From: a virus
IMG/VR virus record: IMGVR_UViG_3300021197_001635
Coordinates: 64,001 to 128,000 of that record
DNA length: 64,000 nt
Direction: 5' to 3' (one strand)
Position 1 is the first letter of the stretch; each line of letters begins with the position of its first letter. The translations under genes were made by a program, and so were the position numbers. Below, piece by piece: positions 10,994 through 19,933 of this stretch. Under the pieces are notes generated by a model, which saw only the letters and a list, made by a program, of their open reading frames with translations, had not been told where the DNA came from and did no database searches.

Positions 10994-11070
10994 CCCACTT
11001 GCGACACCACACTAACTGAAATAAATATGGATGCGTCTAATAGAATTCGAGCGAACAGGAGACAGAACCA

Positions 11071-13008
11071 ATGATTGAGTTGCCGACACCCTACCAACAG
11101 TTCATCCATCTATCTAGATATAGTAGATGGTTAGATGAAGAAGGAAGAAGAGAGACTTGGAATGAGACTGTTAGTAGATATATGGGGTTCTTCAAGGAGC
11201 ACTTGGAGAAGACTCTGGGTTATAAGATGAGCGTAAATACCGAAAATACGGTTAAAAATGCTGTCCTCAATCTTGAAGTTATGCCCTCAATGCGATGTCT
11301 AATGACTGCTGGTGATGCATTAAAGAAAGATGCGGTTGCAGGATATAACTGTTCTTATCTGGCAATCAATAGAGTCAGAGCATTTGATGAAGTTCTTTAC
11401 GCCCTGATGTGTGGCACTGGTGTCGGTTTTTCTGTGGAGAGAGAGTATGTATCTAAACTACCCACTATTGCAGAAGAATTTGAAGAATCAGATTCTACTA
11501 TTGTTGTTCAAGATTCAAGAATTGGTTGGTGTAAGGCTTACAGGGAGCTTGTCTCCCTACTTATTACAGGTCGTGTACCAAGATGGGACCTGTCACGTGT
11601 GCGTCCTAGTGGGTCGAGACTTAAGACTTTCGGAGGAAGAAGTTCAGGACCAGAAAGTCTGGAAGATCTATTTAGATTCACGGTGGAAGTCTTTAAGAAA
11701 GCATCTGGCAGAAAACTCACGACTATTGAGTGTCACGATCTCGTATGCAAGATTGCAGAAATTGTAGTGGTTGGTGGTGTGAGACGTTCCGCACTCCTTA
11801 GCCTTTCATCCTTGACAGATGAGAGAATGAGAGATGCCAAGCAGGGACAATGGTGGGTGATTGAACCACAACGTGCATTATCCAACAATTCGGTATGTTA
11901 TAAGGAAAAGCCTGAGATTGGGACCTTCATAGAGGAGTGGTTGGCACTCTACAAGTCCAAATCAGGTGAAAGGGGCATCTTTAATAGAGACTCTGCCAAG
12001 ACCACGGTGTCTAAAATCCAAGGTGGAAGAAGAGATCCCGATCATGACTTCGGTACTAATCCTTGCTCCGAGATTATACTTAGAGACAGAGAATTCTGTA
12101 ATTTGTCAGAAGTGGTTGCAAGAGGAGATGACACGGTAGAGACTCTTAAGGAGAAGGTAAGACTTGCGGCAATCATAGGCACATGGCAGTCTACATTAAC
12201 CGACTTTAGGTATCTATCGGCAGAATGGAAGAAGAATTGTGAAGAGGAAAGACTCTTGGGTGTTTCTATCACGGGAATCATGGATTCTGTTCTTCTTAAT
12301 GGAGACAAGAAAACACTTGCTGCATTGCCTGGGCTACTAGAAGAATTAAGAGATATTGCAGTTAAGACCAATAAGGAGTGGGCATCTAGACTAGGTATCA
12401 ATCCCTCTGCTGCTATCACCTGTGTTAAGCCTTCTGGTACTGTTTCTCAGTTGGTGGATTCTGCATCTGGTATTCATGCTAGACATAATCCATACTATAT
12501 TAGAACTGTGCGTGCTAACGTTAAGGACCCGTTATGCAAATTCATGCAGGACAAGGGGTTCCCTTGTGAACCCTGCCACATGAAGCCTGATACAACCATG
12601 GTGTTCTCATTCCCAGTAGAGTCTCCCAAAAAGGCAATATTCAGACAGGATAAATCAGCCATCGAGCAGTTAGACTTATGGTTATTGTACCAAAAGCACT
12701 GGTGTGAACACAAGCCTTCTATCACGGTTTCGGTCATGGAGGGAGAATGGTTGGACGTTGGCACTTGGGTCTATAATAATTTCGACGATGTATGTGGGGT
12801 ATCATTCCTGCCATTTAGCGATCACTCATATAAGCAAGCACCTTATCAGGACTGTTCCAAAGAAGAATACAAGGTCTTGCTTAAGGAAATGCCCAAGGAT
12901 ATTGATTGGGATGAATTGTGTGCATACGAGAAGGAAGATAACACGGCTGGCAGCCAGACGCTAGCATGCTCTGGGACGTCATGCGAGGTGGTTGACCTGA
13001 CCCCATAA
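11071..13008 (+). CDS. nrdJ: Class II (B12-dependent) monomeric ribonucleotide reductase
   Basis: MPSMR, GVRRSA, TNPCSEI, CNLSE, TCVKPSGTVS, EHKPSIT, C-terminal ACSGTSCE. Confidence 0.93.
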   Translation: MIELPTPYQQFIHLSRYSRWLDEEGRRETWNETVSRYMGFFKEHLEKTLGYKMSVNTENTVKNAVLNLEVMPSMRCLMTAGDALKKDAVAGYNCSYLAINRVRAFDEVLYALMCGTGVGFSVEREYVSKLPTIAEEFEESDSTIVVQDSRIGWCKAYRELVSLLITGRVPRWDLSRVRPSGSRLKTFGGRSSGPESLEDLFRFTVEVFKKASGRKLTTIECHDLVCKIAEIVVVGGVRRSALLSLSSLTDERMRDAKQGQWWVIEPQRALSNNSVCYKEKPEIGTFIEEWLALYKSKSGERGIFNRDSAKTTVSKIQGGRRDPDHDFGTNPCSEIILRDREFCNLSEVVARGDDTVETLKEKVRLAAIIGTWQSTLTDFRYLSAEWKKNCEEERLLGVSITGIMDSVLLNGDKKTLAALPGLLEELRDIAVKTNKEWASRLGINPSAAITCVKPSGTVSQLVDSASGIHARHNPYYIRTVRANVKDPLCKFMQDKGFPCEPCHMKPDTTMVFSFPVESPKKAIFRQDKSAIEQLDLWLLYQKHWCEHKPSITVSVMEGEWLDVGTWVYNNFDDVCGVSFLPFSDHSYKQAPYQDCSKEEYKVLLKEMPKDIDWDELCAYEKEDNTAGSQTLACSGTSCEVVDLTP

Positions 13009-13012
13009 ATCT

Positions 13013-13020
13013 TATAAATA
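13013..13020 (+). promoter_or_regulatory. T4-type late promoter
   Basis: TATAAATA upstream of the small membrane protein and porin. Confidence 0.75.
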
Positions 13021-13123
13021 TTCGCTTACGGGTTAAATTAACCCTAGGGGGACACGTTGTCCCCACCATTTTTAAATGGGGACTGGAGTTGGTCCCTATT
13101 GCTCAAACACAAGGAGAAATCTT

Positions 13124-13318
13124 ATGAGCACCAAGAAAGAGTCTTGCCCCGCGATGGGATGCAGCGACGCAGTTACGCGTACCTTAGGTAAGGTCGGAGT
13201 ATGTCGCAGCATGCTAATCACATTAGCACTACTTCCATACTCATGGAACGGTGTAGTCTGGATTGCTGATGCACTTCATTCACTTTGGAATGCTGCCACT
13301 AACGCAGTTGGAACCTGA
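13124..13318 (+). CDS. Small Cys-containing membrane protein
   Basis: AAGGAG RBS; hydrophobic SMLITLALLPYSWNGVVW. Confidence 0.7.
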   Translation: MSTKKESCPAMGCSDAVTRTLGKVGVCRSMLITLALLPYSWNGVVWIADALHSLWNAATNAVGT

Positions 13319-13348
13319 ATCGCTTAAGCGATTCAAGGAGATAATCCT

Positions 13349-14518
13349 ATGAATATTTCAAAGAAAAAGTGGATGATGTACGGTGGTATTGCCGCTGCTA
13401 TTCTAATCGCTTCGGTCGCGGTTGCTGATGGACCTTCATATGAAGACCTTCAGGCCCGTCTAGACGCAGCAGAGGCAAAGATCGCACAGATTGATTCCGA
13501 CCGTGCTCCAAGCTGGTTGGAAAGCAGACGTAGTGAAGAAGTTCAATCGCTAGTGCAAGATGTCCTTGCCGATGCAGAAGCACGAACGATGATGCAGGGA
13601 GACAATTCCCCAGTCACCGTTAATCTTCATGGATTTGCCATCACCCGTTGGGATTACAACAATGGTGGTGGTGTGGCAAGAAATAATGAATTCAGCATTC
13701 CATATGCTCGACTTGAAGTCTCAGGAGAGATCCTAGGCAAGGTTGGGTACTATGTCAGTGGTGAATTCAGTGACTACACGAATGGCAGCATGGATCTTGT
13801 CGACGCCTACCTCACAATGGATGTGGGTCTGGGAGTGGACATGATGGCTGGTCAGTTCGTGACTGCATTCTACCGAGGTTTCACTGATTCACCATTGGAT
13901 CAGATCGCGGGAGAGTACAGTATTCTTGCTACCACTTTTGGTCAAGGACGATCGCAGGGCCTTCAATTCACCAAAGATTTTGGTTGGTTGGATCTCTCTG
14001 CCTCTTATAACGACGGTTTCGACACCAGCAATTCATTCATGATGGACAATGACTATGGTGTCAGTGTTCGTGGTGATGTGGATTTTGGTGCTGGATTCCG
14101 TGCAGGTGCAGCCTATGCTTATCAGTCAGAACTTGAAGACTACGGTACTTACACCGTGGACTTCGGATATTCTACCGATAAGCTAGATGCACAGGTCTCA
14201 TGGGTTTCTGCCGACTATGCTGTCGGTGGATACAGTGACAACTATGGCTTCAACGCTAGTGTTGCTTATCGTTGTGCTGCCGACTTTACTGGTTTTGTTA
14301 ATTATCAATGGGGCAAGCTAGGAGTTGCTTCAGAAGATCTTAACGTGCTAGAAATCGGTGCTAACTACGATATCAACGAATACGTTCGTTGGACCACCAC
14401 CTTGGGTTATGCATTTGATGCTGTAGCCCCAGAGTGGAATACCGCTCGTTCTGGATGGAACAGCGGTTCGGAGAATGGTCAGTATCTACTGCGTACACAA
14501 CTCAGTGTAAGCTTCTGA
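13349..14518 (+). CDS. Outer-membrane beta-barrel porin (OprO/P-like, Planctomycete type)
   Basis: Signal peptide, coiled coil WLESRRSEEVQSLVQDVLADA, amphipathic beta-strands, C-terminal Phe (RTQLSVSF). Confidence 0.85.
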   Translation: MNISKKKWMMYGGIAAAILIASVAVADGPSYEDLQARLDAAEAKIAQIDSDRAPSWLESRRSEEVQSLVQDVLADAEARTMMQGDNSPVTVNLHGFAITRWDYNNGGGVARNNEFSIPYARLEVSGEILGKVGYYVSGEFSDYTNGSMDLVDAYLTMDVGLGVDMMAGQFVTAFYRGFTDSPLDQIAGEYSILATTFGQGRSQGLQFTKDFGWLDLSASYNDGFDTSNSFMMDNDYGVSVRGDVDFGAGFRAGAAYAYQSELEDYGTYTVDFGYSTDKLDAQVSWVSADYAVGGYSDNYGFNASVAYRCAADFTGFVNYQWGKLGVASEDLNVLEIGANYDINEYVRWTTTLGYAFDAVAPEWNTARSGWNSGSENGQYLLRTQLSVSF

Positions 14519-14552
14519 TCTGTACGGGGGTCTCACCCTCGACACTTCACAG

Positions 14553-14586
14553 GAAGACCCCTGGCTCAGGCTGGGGGTCTTCTTTT
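14553..14586 (+). terminator. Intrinsic terminator
   Basis: GAAGACCCCTGGC-tcag-GCTGGGGGTCTTC followed by TTTT. Confidence 0.85.
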
Positions 14587-14713
14587 ATATACCCTAACGC
14601 CTGTTAGGTATTTCTAGATATGCCCCTTCCTGATATCCCCCTTTTGATATCAGGAAGGGGTATTGATACCACCCGTTGTATATCTCCTAGGGGGTATACC
14701 ACCCGTTGTATAT
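14586..14713. repeat. Upstream cassette copy 1 (inverted repeat plus two 18-bp direct repeats)
   Basis: CCCCTTCCTGATATC(14623-37)/GATATCAGGAAGGGG(14646-60); ATACCACCCGTTGTATAT at 14666 and 14696; matches 44625-44716. Confidence 0.9.
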
Positions 14714-14736
14714 GAAGCCTTTTGGTAGGTAATATA

Positions 14737-14765
14737 TTGACAGAAGAATCCGCCTGTGGTACAAT
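14737..14765 (+). promoter_or_regulatory. Sigma70-type early promoter
   Basis: TTGACA-17-TACAAT; ATG starts 7 nt after the -10 box (probably leaderless). Confidence 0.85.
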
Positions 14766-14771
14766 GGAAAT

Positions 14772-17039
14772 ATGGAAAAAACCGCTTTGAATACCAATCG
14801 TGACTCTAAGGATATCCTCGCTCGACTGCTGGCGACCGAGAATATCTGTGTCGAACACCAACCAGTACCAACAGCATACTTCGATACAGTCGAACGTCGA
14901 CTGGTCCTCCCAGTCTGGGAAAATATGGATAATGACCTTTACGACATGCTCGTTGGTCATGAAGTTGGTCATGCACTGTTCACCCCACATGGCAACGACT
15001 ACACCAAGGCCGCAATCGAGCGAATCGATGCTGCTGCGCCTGATAGTCGAGTCATGCCATACCTGAATGTGGTCGAAGATGTCCGCATCGAGAAGGCAAT
15101 CAAGGACAAGTTCCCAGGCCTTCGTCGCAATTTCATCAAGGCATACAAGGGCCTTGTTGACAGTGACTTCTTTGGAATCGCTGACAAGAATATCGATGAA
15201 ATGTCGCTCATCGATCGAGTTAATGTACACTACAAGGTGGGCAACCACGTGGAAGTGGCATTTTCTTCCGAGGAGCAGGTCATCGTCGATCAGATCGATC
15301 AGGTCACCACATGGGATGAGATGGTCGATGCCGCTGACGCATTGTACTCGCTCGCCAAAGAGCAGAAGCAGCAAGAGAAGCAGCAGGATCCTGATGATCA
15401 GGAAGAGTCTGCTTCTGCTGGTGACCACATGGACAACGAAGGTCAGTCCAGTTCTGCTGCCGATGAGGGCGACCAGTCCGACCAGACCGAGAACACCGAT
15501 GGTGAAGGTGGAGAGCAGGGTGGTGAAGAGCAGGGTGATGACTCTGGTGACTCGATGGACGATGATACCGACGATGGTGAGTCTGCTGATAGTCAGATGT
15601 CTGACAGCAGCAGCGATTCTCAGGATGGTGGAAATCAGACAGTCGACCAGATGGTTGATATGTCAGATCTTCCTGATGAATGTGAGACACAGAAGTCGAT
15701 GGAGAATGCCATCGAGAAGATGACCGATCAGATTGATGACCGTCGTCGAGTCTATATCACAATGCCCAAGCCTGACCTCGATGCGATCGTCATTCCAGTG
15801 GGCAAGGTGATGGATGACTTCCGCAAGCACCTTGCTCGTGACCGATACGATAGTTATCGCGATGACTATCTTTCCGCTTGCTACAACATCTTCACCTCCT
15901 TCCAGAAGGATGTGTCCAAGACCGTCAACAAGATGGCACAGCAGTTCGAGATGAAGAAAGCAGCAGACCAGTACAAGAGACGTGCAGTTACCGATTCTGG
16001 TGTGCTCGACACAATCAAGATGGTGAACTACCGATGGTCAGATGACGTGTTCCTGAAGAATACAGTCGTCCCTGGCGCTAAGAGTCACGGCATGATCATG
16101 TTCATCGACTGGAGTGGTTCGATGACTGATAAGATGTCCGATACCCTCAAGCAGTTGATGACTCTGATCATGTTCTGCAAGAAGGTCAACATCCCATACG
16201 ATGTCTATGCCTTCACGAGCAGCTACGTAGAAGATCCTGACCGCTGCTCCGCTACCAGCCGCAGCTACAAGGAAGGAGATGGTTTGATTGGTGACCTCCG
16301 CCTTCTCAATCTCATGTCTTCCTCGATGAAGAATCGCGATTGGACAGAGATGATGACTTACATGACCATGCTCACCAATGCATATGCTAACACTAACGAC
16401 AAGCACTTCACCACTTCATATCGGGTGGTCCCACAGGGTTACCATCTGGGTTGCACACCTCTTGACGATGCAATCGTCTGTGCTGCTGCAGTTGCCAAGG
16501 ATTTCAAGAATACGTACAATACTCAGATTGTCAACACCATCTTCTTGACTGACGGTTGTACCTCCAGTAGTCCTCTTTCTGGTTATTATAGCGGTGCGAA
16601 GCATTACAAGAACGGCCAGATGATCCATATTGATGGCATCGCTGTCCTCCGTGGCAAGCATGGCAAGATCTTCAACAATCACAAGACCACGACAGACAAT
16701 CTGCTTGAATGGTTCACAGCAGAGACTGGTATCCCAGTGCTGGGCATCTACGTTTGCCGCGACCGAGAGCTATACTACCTCTGCAATGAAGTCACCGATG
16801 AGATGTACACGAAGTTCAAGGCAGAAAAGAGCCTGGTGCTTGAGAATAGCGGTGGTTACAAGTCATTGTACGTGATGAATTCGACGAACACCAAGAAGGT
16901 CAAAGGCATCGATGATCTTTCTGGAGTAGTCAAGCCCGTGATGGTCAAGAATGCCATGGTCCGCGAGGCAAAGGCACGTAAGGCACAGCAGCGGATCATG
17001 GACACATTTGTCGCTAATATCTCCAAGGAGACAGTTTGA
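14772..17039 (+). CDS. CobT-like protein: HExxH metallopeptidase-like domain, acidic linker, VWA domain
   Basis: HEVGH, NVVEDVRIE, D/E/S-rich linker, MIDAS DWSGSM, LTDG. Confidence 0.85.
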   Translation: MEKTALNTNRDSKDILARLLATENICVEHQPVPTAYFDTVERRLVLPVWENMDNDLYDMLVGHEVGHALFTPHGNDYTKAAIERIDAAAPDSRVMPYLNVVEDVRIEKAIKDKFPGLRRNFIKAYKGLVDSDFFGIADKNIDEMSLIDRVNVHYKVGNHVEVAFSSEEQVIVDQIDQVTTWDEMVDAADALYSLAKEQKQQEKQQDPDDQEESASAGDHMDNEGQSSSAADEGDQSDQTENTDGEGGEQGGEEQGDDSGDSMDDDTDDGESADSQMSDSSSDSQDGGNQTVDQMVDMSDLPDECETQKSMENAIEKMTDQIDDRRRVYITMPKPDLDAIVIPVGKVMDDFRKHLARDRYDSYRDDYLSACYNIFTSFQKDVSKTVNKMAQQFEMKKAADQYKRRAVTDSGVLDTIKMVNYRWSDDVFLKNTVVPGAKSHGMIMFIDWSGSMTDKMSDTLKQLMTLIMFCKKVNIPYDVYAFTSSYVEDPDRCSATSRSYKEGDGLIGDLRLLNLMSSSMKNRDWTEMMTYMTMLTNAYANTNDKHFTTSYRVVPQGYHLGCTPLDDAIVCAAAVAKDFKNTYNTQIVNTIFLTDGCTSSSPLSGYYSGAKHYKNGQMIHIDGIAVLRGKHGKIFNNHKTTTDNLLEWFTAETGIPVLGIYVCRDRELYYLCNEVTDEMYTKFKAEKSLVLENSGGYKSLYVMNSTNTKKVKGIDDLSGVVKPVMVKNAMVREAKARKAQQRIMDTFVANISKETV

Positions 17040-17533
17040 TGGATCTTTTCGAAAGAGCATTAGTAGTCATAGTTTTTTCCTTTATGACTTGGTTCGCCAT
17101 AGCCTCCACTGCGTATGCGGTGGAGGTGGGCGACATCAAAAAGCAGAATAAGTCCCTTCGCAAGCTGCTCGACGCAATTTGTGAGGTGGAATCAGGCTGC
17201 GATTCTTCCGCAGTTGGTGATAATGGAAAAGCCATCGGTGCTTATCAGATTTGGGAGAGTTATTGGATCGATGCCTGCAATTATAGCAGGAACGACGACT
17301 TGAGTCTTGACGACGGTTATGAAAGTTGCCTAGATAAGGAATACGCAGAGAAAGTAGTGTTGACTTATTGGGAACGATATGCCAACGAGAAAAGACTTGG
17401 ACGCAAACCAACACTCGAAGACAGAGCACGAATGCACAATGGTGGACCTCGTGCTGTATGGGCGAAGGGCAAGAAGAAGGAGAATCTTGACCTGTATTGG
17501 GAGAAGGTAAGTGAGGTACTTAACGGAGGCTGA
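17036..17533 (+). CDS. Lysozyme with invertebrate-type/destabilase motifs and N-terminal TM/signal
   Basis: ICEVESGC, YQIWESYWIDA, ARMHNGGP. Confidence 0.75.
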   Translation: MMDLFERALVVIVFSFMTWFAIASTAYAVEVGDIKKQNKSLRKLLDAICEVESGCDSSAVGDNGKAIGAYQIWESYWIDACNYSRNDDLSLDDGYESCLDKEYAEKVVLTYWERYANEKRLGRKPTLEDRARMHNGGPRAVWAKGKKKENLDLYWEKVSEVLNGG

Positions 17534-17536
17534 ACG

Positions 17537-17680
17537 ATGTCCGAAGGAGCAGGGAAGGGAGACAGGTTTAGACCAGTTGACCAAAAGAAATATGACGAGG
17601 GTTGGGAGTCCGCCTTCGGTGACAAGAAGAAAAAGAAAAAGAAGCATGTCGTAAAACGGCAGAAGGGCAAGAAAAAATGA
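17537..17680 (+). CDS. Small basic protein
   Basis: MSEGAGKGDRFRPVDQKKYDEGWESAFG plus poly-Lys tail; GGAGG RBS. Confidence 0.6.
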   Translation: MSEGAGKGDRFRPVDQKKYDEGWESAFGDKKKKKKKHVVKRQKGKKK

Positions 17681-17835
17681 GTTATACAGATGGAACCCCT
17701 CTGGGGAATTTAATCGACCGATGTGTTGATGGATGGGCTAACATTCTTGGTTTCACCCAAAAGGGCAAAAATACCAAGAAGAAGGTCACAGTTAAAAAGA
17801 AAGCCGTAAATAAGAAGGTGAAGAAAAATGGATGA
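17677..17835 (+). CDS. Small basic protein
   Basis: ATGA coupling; Lys-rich C-terminus. Confidence 0.5.
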   Translation: MSYTDGTPLGNLIDRCVDGWANILGFTQKGKNTKKKVTVKKKAVNKKVKKNG

Positions 17836-18142
17836 TCCAAAATTGATTCGAACGAGTGCTGGTGAAGAAATCCTATGTAAGGTAGAGTACAATGGCGACT
17901 CTTATACTATGAAGGATCCTCTGGTGATGATCCCTGCTGGAGACCGTCAACTGGGGTTTGTACCTTGGTTGCCATACTGTGATTGGACTAATGGCCTTAC
18001 AGTGGACAAGTCATTCGTGTCCTTCATCGCAGAACCCAGCAAGGTATTGATTTCTGAATACCACTCCAGCATGACTGGTCTTGTGGTTCCCACAGAGAAG
18101 TCTGTAACCACCAGCATCCCAACATTGAAGATCACGGAGTAG
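17828..18142 (+). CDS. Conserved T4-like hypothetical protein (Sm-like fold suspected)
   Basis: KLIRTSAGEEIL..GFVPWLPY..GLVVP. Confidence 0.65.
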   Translation: MDDPKLIRTSAGEEILCKVEYNGDSYTMKDPLVMIPAGDRQLGFVPWLPYCDWTNGLTVDKSFVSFIAEPSKVLISEYHSSMTGLVVPTEKSVTTSIPTLKITE

Positions 18143-18146
18143 AACA

Positions 18147-18278
18147 ATGGCTAAGAGAGGGCACGACCCGACAGTACAGAACCGCATCAAGGCAGGCTCA
18201 CCTAGGACCTCCAAAAGGAAGAAGGGCAACGCCCCTTCAAGGACGTCTAGGAAGGGAAACGGAACGAGGATCCGATGA
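18147..18278 (+). CDS. Small Arg/Lys-rich protein
   Basis: MAKRGHDPTVQNRIKAGSPRTSKRKKG; GGAG upstream. Confidence 0.45.
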   Translation: MAKRGHDPTVQNRIKAGSPRTSKRKKGNAPSRTSRKGNGTRIR

Positions 18279-18285
18279 CCCCCAC

Positions 18286-18359
18286 GCGTCTGTAGCTCAA
18301 ATGGACAGAGCAACGGCCTTCTAAGCCGTAGGTTGCAGGTTCGAGTCCTGCCAGACGTG
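18286..18359 (+). tRNA. tRNA-Arg(TCT)
   Basis: Cloverleaf GCGTCTG/CAGACGT, ACGGC-CTTCTAA-GCCGT, T-loop TTCGAGT. Confidence 0.93.
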
Positions 18360-18385
18360 CTTCAAAATGTAAGACCCCAGTGATT

Positions 18386-18769
18386 ATGTCAATCAGCATT
18401 ACAAATAGATTTCTGAAGTACGCCGATACTGCCCTTGGGATATCGAGAGAGATATGTCGTTCCAAAAGGCATGTGAGTCTCATAACCACCAAGAAGGGTT
18501 CTGTGCTCGCATGCGGGACGAACCAGTTCCGAACGCATCCTCTGGCAAAGCAATATGGCTATCGATACGATGAGGTACATTCAGAATTGGATGCCCTCCT
18601 GAAGCTACCCAAGGGTGCTGATAGGAACGACCTCGTTCTCCTCAATTTTCGATTTAATAGATTCGGAGATATGAGGATCAGCAAGCCATGTTGTCTTTGT
18701 CTACCTTGGTGCAGGGTGGTATTCAGTGACATTTTTTATAGCACCGATGAAGGAATGATGAGGCTATGA
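18386..18769 (+). CDS. Cytidine/dCMP deaminase-fold Zn protein
   Basis: HSE..KPCCLC. Confidence 0.75.
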   Translation: MSISITNRFLKYADTALGISREICRSKRHVSLITTKKGSVLACGTNQFRTHPLAKQYGYRYDEVHSELDALLKLPKGADRNDLVLLNFRFNRFGDMRISKPCCLCLPWCRVVFSDIFYSTDEGMMRL

Positions 18770-19251
18770 ATATTTTTGCAGTACATAAAGATCCTAAGAT
18801 CTCAGCACGTATGCTTTGTGACAAGCACATCTGCAAGATGATCCTAGAGTCGGTGCAGATGCTATGCACTGCGTTTCCTGATGGTGACGCACCAAAGACT
18901 TGCGGTGCTAGCCATGTTAATCATCCTTGCTCACGTTGGGCAAGAGAGACATCCAGCAACTATGATTGGTTGTCTGAGCATGTCATCACCCTGTGTGATG
19001 AATATACTAAGCGGTATGGCAAGGTCCATGCTTGGGATGATGCGGTTAAATGGTTGTATGATAACAACCCTCTCCCCAAGGGAGACATTACCCAACACCC
19101 CCAATGCATGCCTGCCTACTGTAAGGTAGATGGAGACCCCATCGAGGCATACCGAAATTATTATGTCCACGAGAAAGCCTACATGGCAAAGTGGAAGAAC
19201 AGTGATACTCCTAGGTGGTATCTCACCGCAATCGAGGAAGTGAAGAAGTGA
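18766..19251 (+). CDS. Pyrimidine-dimer DNA glycosylase (DenV-like family)
   Basis: MNIF..CDKHICKMILESVQML, NHPCSRW, EYTKRYGKVH, AYRNYY. Confidence 0.75.
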   Translation: MNIFAVHKDPKISARMLCDKHICKMILESVQMLCTAFPDGDAPKTCGASHVNHPCSRWARETSSNYDWLSEHVITLCDEYTKRYGKVHAWDDAVKWLYDNNPLPKGDITQHPQCMPAYCKVDGDPIEAYRNYYVHEKAYMAKWKNSDTPRWYLTAIEEVKK

Positions 19252-19418
19252 TTGATTTTCTTGTAAAAGCACTACCCCTTATATCTGCCATCCTTTACAT
19301 GGTAGTCGGCATTGGATACGGGATTAGGAAAGAGTGGGCATGGTGTCTGGTGTGGATGTCTTACGCCCTTGCCAATGTTGGACTCGTACTGGCGGCTATC
19401 GCAGGAGAGGCTAAATGA
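19248..19418 (+). CDS. Small two-TM membrane protein
   Basis: Two hydrophobic segments; GTGA/ATGA coupling. Confidence 0.6.
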   Translation: MIDFLVKALPLISAILYMVVGIGYGIRKEWAWCLVWMSYALANVGLVLAAIAGEAK

Positions 19419-19759
19419 CTTACGTTTCCGTGCGTGGTGGATACGAGAGAGGCGAAATCGCCGTGAAGGTGGCAGAGTGGTGTGTTGAGCATTTTGACAT
19501 TGAACCGAAGAGGGTGGACATCCAAGTCAACCATGCATACAGGGATTGCTGGGGGGCCTGTGATGAGGTGTCTAGAGGAGAATACTCGATAATTGTAGTC
19601 GCTAGGCAGTCTCTAAGAGACTTTATTGCCACTGTCACACACGAGATGGTGCATGTCAAGCAGTGGGAGACTGGCAGATGGTCTGGTGACGGTGAAAAGG
19701 AAGCAGAGAGATTGCAGTACAAGCTTGCTGACAAGATCTGGAAAGAAGATGTGATTTGA
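19415..19759 (+). CDS. Small HExxH metalloprotease-like protein
   Basis: TVTHEMVHVKQ..EKEA. Confidence 0.7.
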   Translation: MTYVSVRGGYERGEIAVKVAEWCVEHFDIEPKRVDIQVNHAYRDCWGACDEVSRGEYSIIVVARQSLRDFIATVTHEMVHVKQWETGRWSGDGEKEAERLQYKLADKIWKEDVI

Positions 19760-19766
19760 CAACTAT

Positions 19767-19839
19767 GCGCCTGTAGCTCAATTGGTAGAGCGTTAGATTT
19801 CCAATCTAAATGTTGACGGTTCGAGTCCGTCCAGGCGCT
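19767..19839 (+). tRNA. tRNA-Gly(TCC)
   Basis: GCGCCTG/CAGGCGC, TTAGA-TTTCCAA-TCTAA. Confidence 0.93.
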
Positions 19840-19843
19840 TTAA

Positions 19844-19916
19844 GCGAGTGTAGCCCAACGGCAGAGGCAGTGGACTTAAAATCCATACAGTGTGGGTTCG
19901 AATCCCACCACTCGTA
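19844..19916 (+). tRNA. tRNA-Leu(TAA) with short variable loop
   Basis: GCGAGTG/CACTCGT, GTGGA-CTTAAAA-TCCAT, 5-nt variable region. Confidence 0.85.
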
Positions 19917-19933
19917 TTTTCGAGAGGAAGATA

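Noticed and set aside
1939-13008. Introns or inteins in polymerase, helicase, thyX or nrdJ
   Set aside because: ORFs are continuous and of normal length.
14666-14713. Mini CRISPR array
   Set aside because: Only two 18-bp repeats with a 12-bp spacer that is identical at the second locus; no cas operon.
14604-16682. Long antisense and alternate-frame ORFs over the VWA gene (also 45481-46239, 56915-57688)
   Set aside because: Shadows of biased codon usage; no RBS or recognisable motifs.
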